Shown one piece after another: positions 15,652-28,574 of a DNA stretch of 64,000 bases (its first letter is position 1; each line of letters begins with the position of its first letter). The notes beneath the pieces are model-generated. The model had not been told where the DNA came from. It saw only the letters and a list, made by a program, of their open reading frames with translations, and searched no databases. Source of the stretch: the human T2T-CHM13v2.0 reference genome, Homo sapiens. The position numbers and the translations under genes were made by a program. Where the stretch lies: NCBI RefSeq assembly GCF_009914755.1, contig NC_060947.1. One strand, 5' to 3'.

Positions 15652-18600
15652 ATTATTTATTATTATTATTATTATTATTGATTCAGATGGTACATGATCA
15701 AGTTTGTTATGTGGATATATTGTGTAATGATGAGGTTTTAGTTTCTATTGTGTCCATCACCCAAATAACGAATATTGTACAGAATTTTATAACACTCACT
15801 GTCCTCCCACTGTTCCCTCTTTTGTAGTGCCCAGTGTCTGCTATTTCCCTCTGTATGTCCATGTGCATCCATTGTTTAGCTCCCACTTATAAGTGAGAAC
15901 AGGCCACATTTGATATTCTGTTTCTGAGTTATTTCACTTACGATAATGGCCCCCAACTCCATCCATGTTGCAGTAAAGAATATGACTTTATTATTTTTAT
16001 GGCTGCAGGGTATTCCATGCTGTATGTATACCAGGCTTTCTTTATTTAATCAACCACTGATAGACACTTAGGTTGATTTCATGACTTTGCAATGGTGGAT
16101 GGTGCTGCAGTAAACATACAGGTATAGTTGTCTTTTTGACATAATAATTTCTTTCACTTTGGGCACATACCCAGTAGTCCCACTATTTTTCGTATGTTGA
16201 TGGGCTACTTGTATGTCTTCTTTTAAACAATGTATATTTATGTTCTTTGCCCACTTTTTAATGGAGTTTTTTTTTCTTGTTAAGTTCTTTGGGTTTCTTT
16301 TAGATTCTGGATATTAGTTTCTGATCAAACGCATAGTTTGTAAATATCCTGTCATTCTGTAGATTGCCTGTTTACTCTGTTAGTTTCTTATTTTGCTATG
16401 AAGAACCTTTTAATTTCATCTCATTTGTCTGTTTTGTTGCATTTGCTTTTGATGTCTTAGTCATAATTTATTTGCCTAGGCCAATGTCCAGAAGAGATAT
16501 TCTTAGGCTTTCTTCTAGGATTTTTATAATTTCAGGTCATCCATTTAAGGCTTTAATCCATTTTGAGTTAATTTTTTGTTTATGGTGAGAGATAGGAGTC
16601 CAGTTTCATTCTTCTGCATATGGCTATACAATTTTCCCAGCATCATTTATTAAATAGAGTGTCCTTTCCCCATTGTATATTTTTGCCAATTTTGTCAAAG
16701 ATCAATTGGCTGTAGGTATATTGCTTTAACTCTGGGTTCTCTATTCTGTTCCAGTGACCTATGTGTCTATTTTTTGTACCATGCTATGTTGGTTACCACA
16801 GTCTTATGGTACATTTTGGAGTCAGTTAATGTGATACCTCTGGCTTTGTTCTTTTTGCTTGGGATTGCTTTGGCTATTTGGTATCTTTCTTTGGTTCCAT
16901 ATAAGGGTTAGAAATTTTTTCTAATTCTATAAAAGTTGATATTGATAATTTGATAGGGAATTTGTTGAATCTGTAGATTGTTTTGAGCAGTATGATCATT
17001 TTAGCAGTATTCTTTCAATCCATGAGTATGGGATGATTTTCCATTTGTTTGTGTCAACTACATTTTTTTCAGCAGTGTTTTGTAGTTCTCCTTGTGGAGA
17101 TATTTTACCTCTTTGGTTAAATGTATTCTTAGGTATTTTCTTTTGGGGATAGACTACCGTATTTGGGATTCAGTTCTTAATCTGGTTCTCAGCTTGAACA
17201 TTGTTGGTGTATAGAAATGCTACTGAATTTTGCATGTTTATTTTGTACTCTGAAATTATACTGAAGTAATTAATCAAGTCGAGGAGTCTTTTATGAGTCT
17301 TTGGAGTTTTCTAGATATAAAATTACATCATATGTGAACAAAGATCATTTGACTTCCTCCTCTCAAGTTTGGATGTGTTTTATTTCTTTGTCTTGCCTGA
17401 TTACTCTGATTAGGACTTCCAGTACTATGTTGAATAGGAGTGGTGAGAATGGGCATCCTTGTCTTGTTTCATTTCTTAGAGGGGATCCTTTCAACTTTTT
17501 ACCATTTAGTATAACATTGGCTATGAGTTTGTCATGTTTGGGTTTTATTATTTTGATGTGTGTTTCCTTGATATCTAGTTTGTTAATGTTTTTATATTAT
17601 GAAGGAGTGTTTGGTTTTTCATATTGCTTTTTGTGCATCTATTGAGGTAATCATATGGTTTTTGTTTTAAATTCTAATTGTGGTAGTAAATTACATTTCT
17701 TAATGTACGTATGTTGAACTATCCTTGTATCCTAGGAATAAAAAACACTTGATCATGATGTATTATTCTTTTGATGTGCTGTTTGGTTGTATTTGCCATC
17801 CCCCCTTTTTTTAGGATTTTTGCATCTATGTTCATCAGGAATATTGTTTTTTTTTATGTGTTCTTACTTGATTCTGATATTAGGGTGATACTGGTTTGTA
17901 GAATGAGTTAGAGAGAATCTTTTTTTCTTCTTGATTTTTAGGAAGTTTCAGCAAGATTGGTGCCAGCTTTTTGTACATCTAGTAAATTTGGCTGTGAATC
18001 TGGGTCCTCTGGGCTTTTTTCCTTGTGAGAATTTTTATGACTGTTTTGATTTAGTTACTCATTTTTGGTCTGTTCAGAATTTCTATTTCTCTCTGGTTGT
18101 ATACTTTCAGAAATCTATAAACTTTTCCTAGGTTTTCTAGTTTGTGTACATACTAATACTTAAATGATAGTCTCTGGATCTTTTGTATTTCTGTGGTATC
18201 AGTGGTAATGCCACCTTTATCATTTCTGATTGTGTTTATTTGAAAGTTTTCTCTTTTTTTCTTGCTTAGTCTAGCTAGTGGTCTGTCGTTTTTGTTATTA
18301 TTTTCAAAGAATCAACTTTTTATTTTGTTTTTGAATCATTTAAAAATTTTTCAACCTCATTTAGTTCTTCTCTGATCTTTATTATTTCTTTTTTTTTATT
18401 TTTGGCTAGCTTTAAATTTCTTTTTGTTTTTCTTCATTTCTCTAGTTCCTTAAGGTGTGATATTATGTTGTTAACTTGAAATCTTTCTATCTTTTGATGG
18501 CATTTAATACTGTAAATTTCCTCTTAGCACTGCTTTTGCTGTATTACAGAGATTTTGATATGTTGTGTATCTATATTCATTCATTTGAAAAAATGTTTTA

Positions 18601-21600
18601 ATTTTTGTCCCAAATTTGTCATTTAACCAAAGATCATTCAAGTGAAAGTTGTGAAGTTTTCATGTATTTGTATAGTTTTCAGAGTTCCTCTTGGTATTGG
18701 TTTTTAATTTTATTTCACTCTGGTCCTAGAAGTAACTTGATATGATTTCAATATTTTAAAATTTATTGAGACTTGCTTTATGGCTGAGTATATTATGTGG
18801 TCCATTTTGAAGACTGTTCCATGCACAGATAAGAAAAATGTATATTCTGCAGTTTGGGGGCAGAATGTTTTATAAATGTTTATTAGGTCCACTTGGTCTA
18901 GAGCTAACTTTAAGTACAGAGTATCTTTTTTAGTTTTCTGTCTCAGTGATCTGTCTGCATGTGTCAGTGGGAAGTCAAATTTTCCCACTATAATTTTATT
19001 GCTTTCACTTTTCTTAGGTCTAGCAGTATAAGTTTTCGTCAATTTGGGTACTCTGGTGTTGGGTACATACATATTTAGGTTAGTTATATCTTTTTGTTGA
19101 ATTGAATGCTTTATCACAACATAATAAAATTTCTTGTCTTTTTTACTGGTTTTATTTAAAGTCTGCTTTATCTAACATAAGTTTAGCCACTTCTCATTTT
19201 TGTTTTCTGTTTGCATGGTATGTATTTTTCTATCCCTTTACTTTGAGTCTGGAAGCATCTTTACCTACTCAGTTGGTCTCTTGTAGGCAACAAGTGGATG
19301 GATCTTGTTTACTAAATCTGTCAGTCTATACCTTTTAAGTGTAGCATTTAGGAGACCATTTATATTCAAAATTAATATTGATATGCCAGGATTTGTCCCT
19401 GCCATAATGTTGTCATCTAGTTGCTTTGTAGTTTCAATTGTGTAATTGCTTTATAGGATCTGTGAACTTTGTGCTTACATGTGCTTTTGTAATGGCGAAA
19501 ATTTTCCCTTTATGTCCATCTTTAGAACTCTTCTGAGCATTTCTTGTAGAACTAGTCAAGTGACTATGAATTTTCTTAGTGCTTACTATTTTGAGAAATA
19601 TTTTATTTCTCTTTCATTTTTGAAGCTTTGTTCAGAAGGATACAAAACTCTTGACTAGCAGTTATGTTATTTAAGAAGACTAAAAATAGGCCGGGTGTTG
19701 TGGCTCACGCCTGTAATCCCACCACTTTGGGAGGCCAAGGGGAGTGGATCACGAGATCAAGAGATCAAGACCATCCTGGCCAACATGGTGAAACCCCATG
19801 TCTACTAAAAATATAAAAATCAGCTGGGCGTGGTGGCACATGCCTGTAATCCCAGCTACTCAGGAGGCTGAGGTAGGAGAATCACTTGAACCCGGGAGGT
19901 AGAGGTTTCAGTGAGCCAAGATTGCACCACTGCACTCCAGTCTGGCGACAGAGCAAGACTCCGTCAAAAAAAAAAAGACTAAAAATAGGACCTTTCCAGT
20001 TTGTAAGGTTTCTGCTGAGAGGTCTGCTCTTAGTCTGATTAGATTTTCTTTGTAGATGATTTGGCACTTTTCTCTAGCTACTTTCAAGATTTTTCTTTTC
20101 CTTCATATTGACTTTGGATGTGCTTCTTATATCTGGATGTCTAATTCTATAGTTAGATCAGGGATGTTTTCCTAAATTATTACATCAAATGTATTTTTTC
20201 ATCATTTTTACTTTTTTTTTCTCCCTCAGGAATGCCCATCATTTGTATGTTTGGCCTCTTTACATAAGTTCATATTTCCTGAAGGCATTTTTATTTTTTA
20301 ATTTTTTTTTTTAAATTCTTGTCTGACTTGGTTAGTTCAAAGAACCAGTCTTCAAACTCTGAAATTTTTTCGTTTGGTTGGTCTAGTTCATTGTTAAACT
20401 TTCAACTATATTTTGTAATTTCTTCAATGAATTTGCTTTATTTTCATAAGTTCTGTTTGTTTTTAAAATATTTATCTCTTTAGTCAATTTTTCATTCATA
20501 TTCTGAATTGTTTTTCTGATTTCTTTGTCTTGGTTTTCAACTTTCTCTTGGATCTCATTGAGCTTCCTTATAATACACATTTTGAATTCTTTTTGTGTCA
20601 TTTCAAAACTTTCATTTTCATTAGGATCCACAGTTAGAGAGCAACTGTAATCTTTATGGATGTCAAAACACTCTATCTTTCAGTACTACTAGAGTTTTAT
20701 GTTGATTCTTTCTCATCATGTAAAGAAACTGTCACTTCTTACTTTACATATGCTTTCATTTAAATGTGACTTTTAAATTTTTTTCCATTTTCTCCCTTGA
20801 GGGAGTGATTGTAAGGTATGATGTTAATGATCATTTGTCTTCAAATCTGGGTGATTTCAGGGGCTGGCTCTGTATAAGTTTGTTGTTCATAGACAACATT
20901 GTGTGGTGGCTTTCTTAAATGCTAATTGTTTTAGTAATATATTGGTCATGTGAACTAACTCGCTATCTTCTGGGGGCTGGGAGTATGAAGATATCAGGAA
21001 GCTTATATTTTCCTCTAGCACTAGGCCCTTCTGTCAGCAGGTTTTTAATTGGATTTTGCAGTTAAGTCTTCGGTCCAGCAGGTGGCACTTATGAGTAAAA
21101 GTTGGCTCACCCTTGGATATCCTGATGACCAATGAAAACACCCGAACTGATAGGGGTGGTGGTGGGAGCTCAGATGCACTGAGGTCTCTGCAGGAGAGTG
21201 CTGTACCAGCTCCTTATCCTGGACAGGCAGCAATGTGATTCACTTGTCTATCACACCCTTGAATCACAGCTGACAACCCTCAGTTCAAATACACGGTATC
21301 CGTTATCTCCAGGTTGCAATGCAACTGAGATCTGTGGAAAATGCCAATCCTGTGGTTATTGTTGAAATGACTTTGAGTAAAAACCTTTGTGTAGCCCAAA
21401 ACAGGCAGCACTGTGGCTAGTCCACACTCTGCTGCAGGAACACTGCTGCTCCACATAGGAAGGGGGAGATGAGCCTGGCCCTTCAGGCAAGCCCAGGCCA
21501 GTGGATAAATTTTCAGTGGGTATGCAGCTACCCTGAATAGCACTGGAATGCCTGTTACTGAGTGCATTCATGCCAACCCCCAGCAGGAAAAGATGCAGCT

Positions 21601-22450
21601 GCATCCACAGCAGTAGATGGGAGATTGGGAGAAGACCCCGTCTCCACTTTCATTTCTGGCCCCTGGTGCCACCTGTCTGCTGGAGTGGACCAACACTTTT
21701 CCTCTTCAAAGATCAGCACTGCACCCAGATCTTCACTGTGAGGGGCATGGTCACATTTTGGTCACAACTGGGGGGCTCTTAGGCAGGGAAGAGCATGCAA
21801 TCTGGATTCATTTGTCCCAAAGGGTGCTTTGGCAGGCTGCAATCTCCCTTCCCCTAGATGCAGCTCGTGCCGAGGGCTAGATCTCTGGAGATCTTGTGCC
21901 TCCTTAGAGTCCTGCTTGTTCCATGTGATTGCCACAGTCAGAGCAGGTACTGGGAAATGTTTGTGGAGGATCTATTGATGAGGAGACAAAAGGGCTGAGA
22001 ATCTCTGGGAAGGATAGTGGCCCACAAGAGGTGCACAACCAGTATGGAACATGCCACTTCAGCTCAGGCTTGAGAGGAGAGAAGGAGAACCTGTGCAGTC
22101 TGCTCAACCCTCCAGAAGTTTCCAAATTACCTTCGAGAATGATCCCTGAACTTCTAAAGACACAGGGGCTTTCTGACAATTCAACAGTCAGCAGTCTGTT
22201 GCAGGGATGAGGGAACAAAAACACCCCACACTTCCACCTACCTTTTCCATGGGACCCCAAGTTTCTCAGGGGTCAATCTCTCCCAGGCTCTTGCTGCCTT
22301 ATTTTTCTGTGCCCAGCTTCTTCTCATGGCTTCTCCAACAGGTTCCACCTCTCTCCCCTCAGCATTCCACTTAGCCATAATCATTCACCTGTAACTGTGG
22401 ATCTTCTGTCTGAGGAGAACTAACATTTGACATTTCTAGTTGTCCATTTG
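15652..22450 (-). mobile_element. Near full-length decayed L1 (L1PB4/L1PA17-like)
   Basis: T-rich tail at 15652, 3' UTR, ORF2 remnants (EN peptide at 18710-19117), ORF1 remnant (MDPNENESFEMTQKEFKMCIIRKLNEIQEKVEN), GC-richer 5' UTR at about 20700-22450; host collinear on both sides. Confidence 0.88.
19689..19974 (+). mobile_element. Alu, AluSc-like
   Basis: 'gatcaagagatcaagaccatcctggccaac' and 'ctggcgacaga'; TSD aagactaaaaata at 19676-19688 and 19975-19987. Confidence 0.95.
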
Positions 22451-22459
22451 AAAAAAAAA

Positions 22460-22671
22460 TAATACAAAATCTGCTTAAATAAATGTGGAACATTTACCAA
22501 AACAGACTATGTTCTGGGTTAAGGAATAAGTCTCAATAAATTGAAAGAATTAAAGTCATATAAAATATTTTATCTCACCACAATGGAATTACATTAGAAA
22601 TTAATTTTAAAGATCTCTGAAAAAAATCCCCCAATTTGGAAACTAATAATTCATTTCAAAATAACTAATGA
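22460..22671 (+). mobile_element. Ancient L1M host ORF2 piece 3
   Basis: 'tggaacatttaccaaaacagactatgttctggg...caatggaattacattagaaatt' continues from 15651. Confidence 0.75.
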
Positions 22672-23409
22672 GGTTATCTTCCTTCCAAGTTGGTGAATTA
22701 AAGGCTTTTAGCATGCCTGAGCCACTTGGAAATAACAAGATAGTGCATAAAGATCAACTCTATTAGCTTTAATTCAAGAGAAAAAAAAAAAAGAATCCAC
22801 CAGAATTTTGAAGGACATCCCACTCTCCAGGGAAAGGAATACAAGCTAACAGGCCCTGTGTTGATGGTATCCAGCTGATAAAAGTGAGTCAAATCCAAGT
22901 ATGTGAGAGAGGCAGAGAGCCTCCCTCTGTGATTCTCCTTTCCACTGGATATCTGAGCAACCCAGGCCAAGGGAGAGCACTTTGTTTCTCCCAATCCCCA
23001 AAATTATCATGGGGAGTGGCTTGGAGGTGCTGAAAGGGAAAGACACTGGGAAAAGCTACAGACATCTTTCCAGATCCAGGACCAAAAGCAGGACACCATT
23101 GTTAATCCAGGCACATGCAAAAACAGGTATTTTTTGGTGACACAGCAGTGTGGCTATGCGAGCATTTTTGTCTTGAACTAGAGATTGGAGCACTTGCTCT
23201 GGAGTAAGTTAGGGTCCTCCACAGCCATAATTGTGGAAAGCACCTATGCAGTAAGGACTGAAATTGTGCTTTCCTCCCTTGGAGGTCTGGGACAGGAGGA
23301 GAATTGCTACAGTTTCTGTTTCTTCTTGGTGATGAGACTTATAGCCAGGGGCAGCTTAGTGAACTGGAACTGGTCTGCATGTGTCATTACTGGGTGACCT
23401 AGCCTCCTC

Positions 23410-24280
23410 CCCTGAGATCATGGTGGAGTGGGGCCCTCTCTGCTCCCTCTCTAGGCATAAATCCAGGCCTTTAGGGCACCTGCTCGCAAGGACTAGCAAT
23501 GGCACTCTACCCTTCTTGTGCAGAGGTGCTAGTGCAAGAAGGCCCTGTCTGCTCCACACCCAGGCATATCTCCAGGCATTCAGAGCACCCATATTCTTGG
23601 ATAAGCAGCCTGACCTGCTCCACCCTACTTTTGCAGAGATCCCGGTACAGGGGGCCCCTCCCCACTTCACATTTAGGCAGATCTCCAGGCATTTGGAGCA
23701 CCTGTTCACCTGGTTCAGCAAGCTAAGCCACCCCATCCTTCCTGGGCATAGACTGTGCTGCAGTGGGGCACTCTCTGCTTCATACACAGGTAGATCTCCA
23801 GGCATTCAAAGCATCTGCTCACCTGAATTGTCATCCTGGGCTGCACCACCATTCCTGTGTAGAGATCCTGGAGCACTAGGGCCCTCTTTGCTTTATGCTC
23901 AGGTAGATTTCCAGGCATTTGGAGCTCCCGCTTGCCTGGTTTAGCAGCCTGACTCACCCCACCCTTCCTCTGCAGAAATGATGGTACAGGGGGAACCTTC
24001 TCCACTCTATTCCCAAGTAGATCTCCATGCATTTCTCCAGGAATTTAGAGCACCCACTTGCCTAAATCAGCAACCTGAGCTAGCCAACCCTTCTTGTGCA
24101 GAGATTGTGGTGAAGTGGAGCCCTCTCTGACCCATGCCCAGGCAGTTGGTGGACCAATTCATCTGAATCACCAGCCAAAGCTGCCTTATCCTTTTTGTGC
24201 ATATATCATGGAGTATCAGGATCTGCTGTACTCCATGCCTAGACAGGTCTCCAGGCTCCTGGAGTACCCACTCTTCAGGA
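23410..24280 (+). repeat. About 8 diverged tandem ~113-bp units in the L1 5' UTR
   Basis: 'agatctccaggcattt(g/c)agagcacc' recurs near 23462, 23571, 23684, 23797, 23910, 24024 and 24250. Confidence 0.9.
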
Positions 24281-26714
24281 TTAGAAATGTGTTTTAAAAA
24301 ATCAACAAAGCCTTCAAAAAACATGAGATTATCTAAAGTTTGTAAATCTATAAATTGTTGGCATTCCTGAGAAAGATGGATAAAAAGTAAATAAACAAGA
24401 AAACATATTTGAGAAAATAATTCAAAAAATAATTTTAATCTTGTAGAGAGGTAGACATCCAGATACATGAATTCAGTGAATGCCTTAAAGTAATATACAA
24501 AATGAACATCACCAAAACATATCACCACTAGACTGTCCAAGGTCAATTATAAAGAAAAAACATTAAACGAACCTAGACAAAAATGTTACGTCACATACAA
24601 AAGGAACCCAATCAAGCTAACGGAAGACTTCATAGGAGTAACCTTATGAGCCACGAGAGATAGGAAGCCTATTTTCAGCATTTTTAATTACAAGGAATTT
24701 CAACCAAGAATTTTATATAGTCCCAAACTAAGCTTCATAAGCAAAGGAGAAATAAAATGTTTTCCAGAAAGCAAGTGATAAGAAAATTTGTTGCAACTAG
24801 ACCAGCCGTATAAAAGTTCCTTAAGGGAGTCCTAAACATAAAAAAAAAGAATGATACATGGCTACCACAAAAACACATATAAGTGCATATCCCTCAGTCC
24901 CTAAAAAACTACTTTGTAGTTTTTTATCATGTAAAACAACAACAATAACATGGTAAAGACTACAAAGCAATCAGTTAACAACTTAATGAGAGCATCTAAA
25001 CCTCACATATCAATAATCAATATTAAACTTGAATGTAAATCAACTAAATGCCCCCACTTAAAAGGCATAGAGTTGTAAGTGGGATAAAAATTAATACCCT
25101 TCCATCTGGCTTTTCAAAAGACCCATCACACACTTAATGACATGCATAGGCTCTAAGTAAAGGGCTGGAAAAAGATGTATCACACAATGGAAAACAACAA
25201 CAGAAAAGCAGAGTTCACTATTTTTATATAAGATAAAATATACTTGAAACTAGCAACACTAACAAAAGACAAAGATAATACATAATAATAAAGGATTCAA
25301 TTCAACAAGACTTAACTATCCTAAACATGTATGCACCTAACATTGGAACACCCAGATTCATAGAACATCTACTTCTAGACCTGCAAAATACTTAGCTACA
25401 CAAGAATAGTGGGAGACTTCAACCCCCAACTGACAGCATTAGATCATTGAGGCAGAAAACTAACAAAGAAATTCTGAACTTAAAATTAACACTTCATCAA
25501 TTGTACCTAATAAAAATATGCAGAACACTCCACTGATCAACTACCAATTTTCTCTCACAGAAAATACATTATTCTCATCTGCACACAGAACATACTCTGA
25601 AATCAACCACATGCTCAGTCATGAAGCAAGTATCAATGAATTGAAACAAACTGGAATCATACCAACCGTACTCTCAGAGCACAGTGGGAAAAAAAATAGA
25701 AATAAATAGAAGATCTTTCCAAACCACAAAATTACATGAAAATTAAACAATTAGCTCTTGAATAACTTTCAGATAAACAATGAAATTAAGGAAGAGATCA
25801 AAAAATTCCTTGAAATAAGTGAAAACAGAGACACAACATACCAAAATCTGTGGGATGTAGCAAAAGTAGTGTTAAGAGTAAAGTTGATAGCACTAAATGC
25901 ACACCTCAGAAAGTTAGAAAAAATCTCAAATTAACAATCTAACATCACACCTAGAGGAACTAAAAAAAATAAGAGCAAACTAACCCTAAATATAGCAGCA
26001 AAAAAATAAATAAAATCAGAGCAAAACTGAACGAAATCGAGACCCAGACATTCATACAAAGAATCAACAAAATCAAAAGTTGGGTTTTAAAAAGGATAAA
26101 CAAGATCGACAGACTGCTAGCTAGATTAACAACAACAAAAAGACAGAACATCCAAATAAGCACAATCAGAAATAACAAATGGTTGTGATATTTACAACCA
26201 GTCAGTCTCACAGAAATACAAAATATCCTCAGAGACTGTTATCAACACCTCTATGCACATAAACTAGAAAATCCACAAGAAATAGATGAATTCCTGCAAA
26301 CACCCAATCTTTCAAGACTGAATATGGAAAAAGCTGAAACCCTAAAGAGGCCTGTACTGAGTTCCAAAATTGAATCAGTAATAAAAAGAAACCCTACCAA
26401 CAAAAAAAGCCCCTGAAGAGATGGATTCACAGCAGAATTCTACCACAGGTTAAAATAAGAGCTGGTACCAATTTTACTGAAAGTATTTTTAAAAAGCAAG
26501 GAGGAGGGACTCCTTTCTAATTTATTCTATGAAGCTAGCATCACTCTGATACCAAAACCTGGCAAAGACACGAAGGAAACAAGAAAACTACAGGCCAATT
26601 TCCCTGATGACCATAGACACAGAAATTATCAATGAAATACAAGCAAACTGAATTCAGCAGCATACCAAAAGCTAATTTACTATGATCAAGTAGACTTCAT
26701 TCCTGGAATGCAAT

Positions 26715-27430
26715 TGTTACCCATGGAAGGTATCTGAGTTACCGGCAACGAATAATCTGTATGGGTCTGCAGCAACGTCAATTCTTGCCTCCTTAGAAGA
26801 AAAAATTTGACTGAGGGGCCAACGCAAAAAAAAAAAAAAAAAAAAAAAAAAGAGAGAGAGAGATAGAGAGAGACAGAGAGACCAAGGCAAGTTTTAGAGC
26901 AGAAGTGGAAGTTGTTTTTTTTTTTTTTTGAAAGGCTTTAAAACAGGAAAGAAAGAAAAGCATGCTTGAAAGAAACCCAAGTGGTCACGTGAAGGTCAAG
27001 TCCAGTGTTTAACCTTGATCCTAGGACTTTATAGGCTGGCCCCTTTTTCATTATTTTTCCCTTAGAGTAGGTTGCCCGCTTGCCCAGTGCTCTCCTTATG
27101 CTTGGGAGGTGAGCATACTCAGTGAGTATAGGAAGTTGTACCCATGCCCATCTGAGGCTTTCTTCCCTTTCCTGGTGGAGTGCCCCTGGAAGGTCATACT
27201 TTGCCATTCTGCCTCTTAATGTGCATGTCCAGGCTCACCATCCCAATACCTGAGATTTTAGCATGTCCAGGATCACCATCCCAATACCTGAGATTTTATT
27301 TGAAACTTCTTTTTGTTTCTCCCTGGTGCCTGCATTCAATTAACACTTTAATGCAACAAGTGTGGACCATCAGGAAAGTTGGGGAGCGCCCCCTCCTGCC
27401 AGGATCATGCCTGTCTAACTACCTGTAACA
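26715..27430 (-). mobile_element. ERV1 solo LTR, MER50-like
   Basis: tgttac...gtaaca termini; reverse complement starts tgttacaggtagttagacaggcatga; 4-bp TSD caat at 26711-26714 and 27431-27434. Confidence 0.88.
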
Positions 27431-28574
27431 CAATGATGGTTCAACATATGCAAAACAATAAATGTGAATCACCACATCAACAGAATTAAAAACAAACAAA
27501 AAAGATCATCTCAATAGATGTGAAAGCCTTTGATAGATTCAACATCCCTTCATAATAAAAACCCTCAACAAACTAGGCATCGAGGAAACATACCTCAAAG
27601 TAATAACCATCTATTACAAGTCCACAGCCAACATCATCCAGAACAGGCAAAATCTGGAACGATTCCTCTTGAGAACTGGAACAAGACAAGGATGCTTAAT
27701 CTCACCACTTCTATTCAACATAGTACTGGAAGTTCTTGCCAGACTTATCAGGCAAAACAAATAAAAGGCATCCAAAAAGGAAAAGAAAAAGTCAAACTCT
27801 CTTTTTTTTCTCAATGTAATTCTATACCTAGAAAACCCTAAAGACTGCTGAAAGGCTCCAGGAACTGATAAACTCTTTCAGCAAAGTTTCAGGATAAAAG
27901 ATTGATGTACAAAAATCAATAGCATTCTTATTTACCAATAACATTCAAGATCAGAGTCAAATCAACAATACAATCCCATTTACAATAACCACAAAAAGTA
28001 CCTAGAAATACATCTAACCAAGGAGGTAAAAAAATCTCTACCAGGAGAAATACAAAACACTGCTGAAAGAAATTGGAGATGGCACAAATAAATGGAAAAA
28101 TCTTCCATGCACATGGATTGGAAGAATCAACATTTTCAAACTGACCCTACAGTCTAAAGAATTCTACAGATTTAGTGCTATCCCTTTCAAACTACAAACA
28201 TCATGTTTCACAAAATTAAAAAAATACTATTTTGAAATTCATATGGAACCAAAAAGAACCCAAATAGCCAAAGTAATCCTAAGCAAAAGCAACAAAGCCA
28301 GAGACATACCATTTCCTGACTTTAAACTATACCATAAAGCCACAGTAACCAAAATATTATGGTACTGGTGCAAAACACATAGAACAATGGAACAGAATAG
28401 AGAAGCCAGGGGAAAAAAGCTGCACTTACAGCCATCTGATTTTTTGACAAAGTTGACAGAAATAAGCAATAAGGAAAGAACAACCTATTCAATAAATAGT
28501 GCTGGGATAGCTTTCTACCTGTAGGCAGAAGGATGAAAGTAAACACCTAACTTTCACCATATAAAACATTAATA

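Larger units (their letters stand above)
22672..28565 (+). mobile_element. L1 (L1PA15/16-like): 5' UTR, partial ORF1 and decayed ORF2
   Basis: 5' end 'cttccaagttggtgaattaaaggcttttagcatgcctgagccacttggaaat'; ORF2 peptide MEPKRTQIAKVILSKSNKARDIPFPDFKLYHKATVTK. Confidence 0.88.

Noticed and set aside
21075-21089. CTCF-like CCAGCAGGTGGCACT
   Set aside because: Embedded in an L1 5' UTR and probably inherited from the family consensus; no independent support
23381-23944. 187-aa ORF as a host gene
   Set aside because: Lies wholly in a tandem repeat of an L1 5' UTR, overlaps opposite-strand ORFs, no recognisable domain
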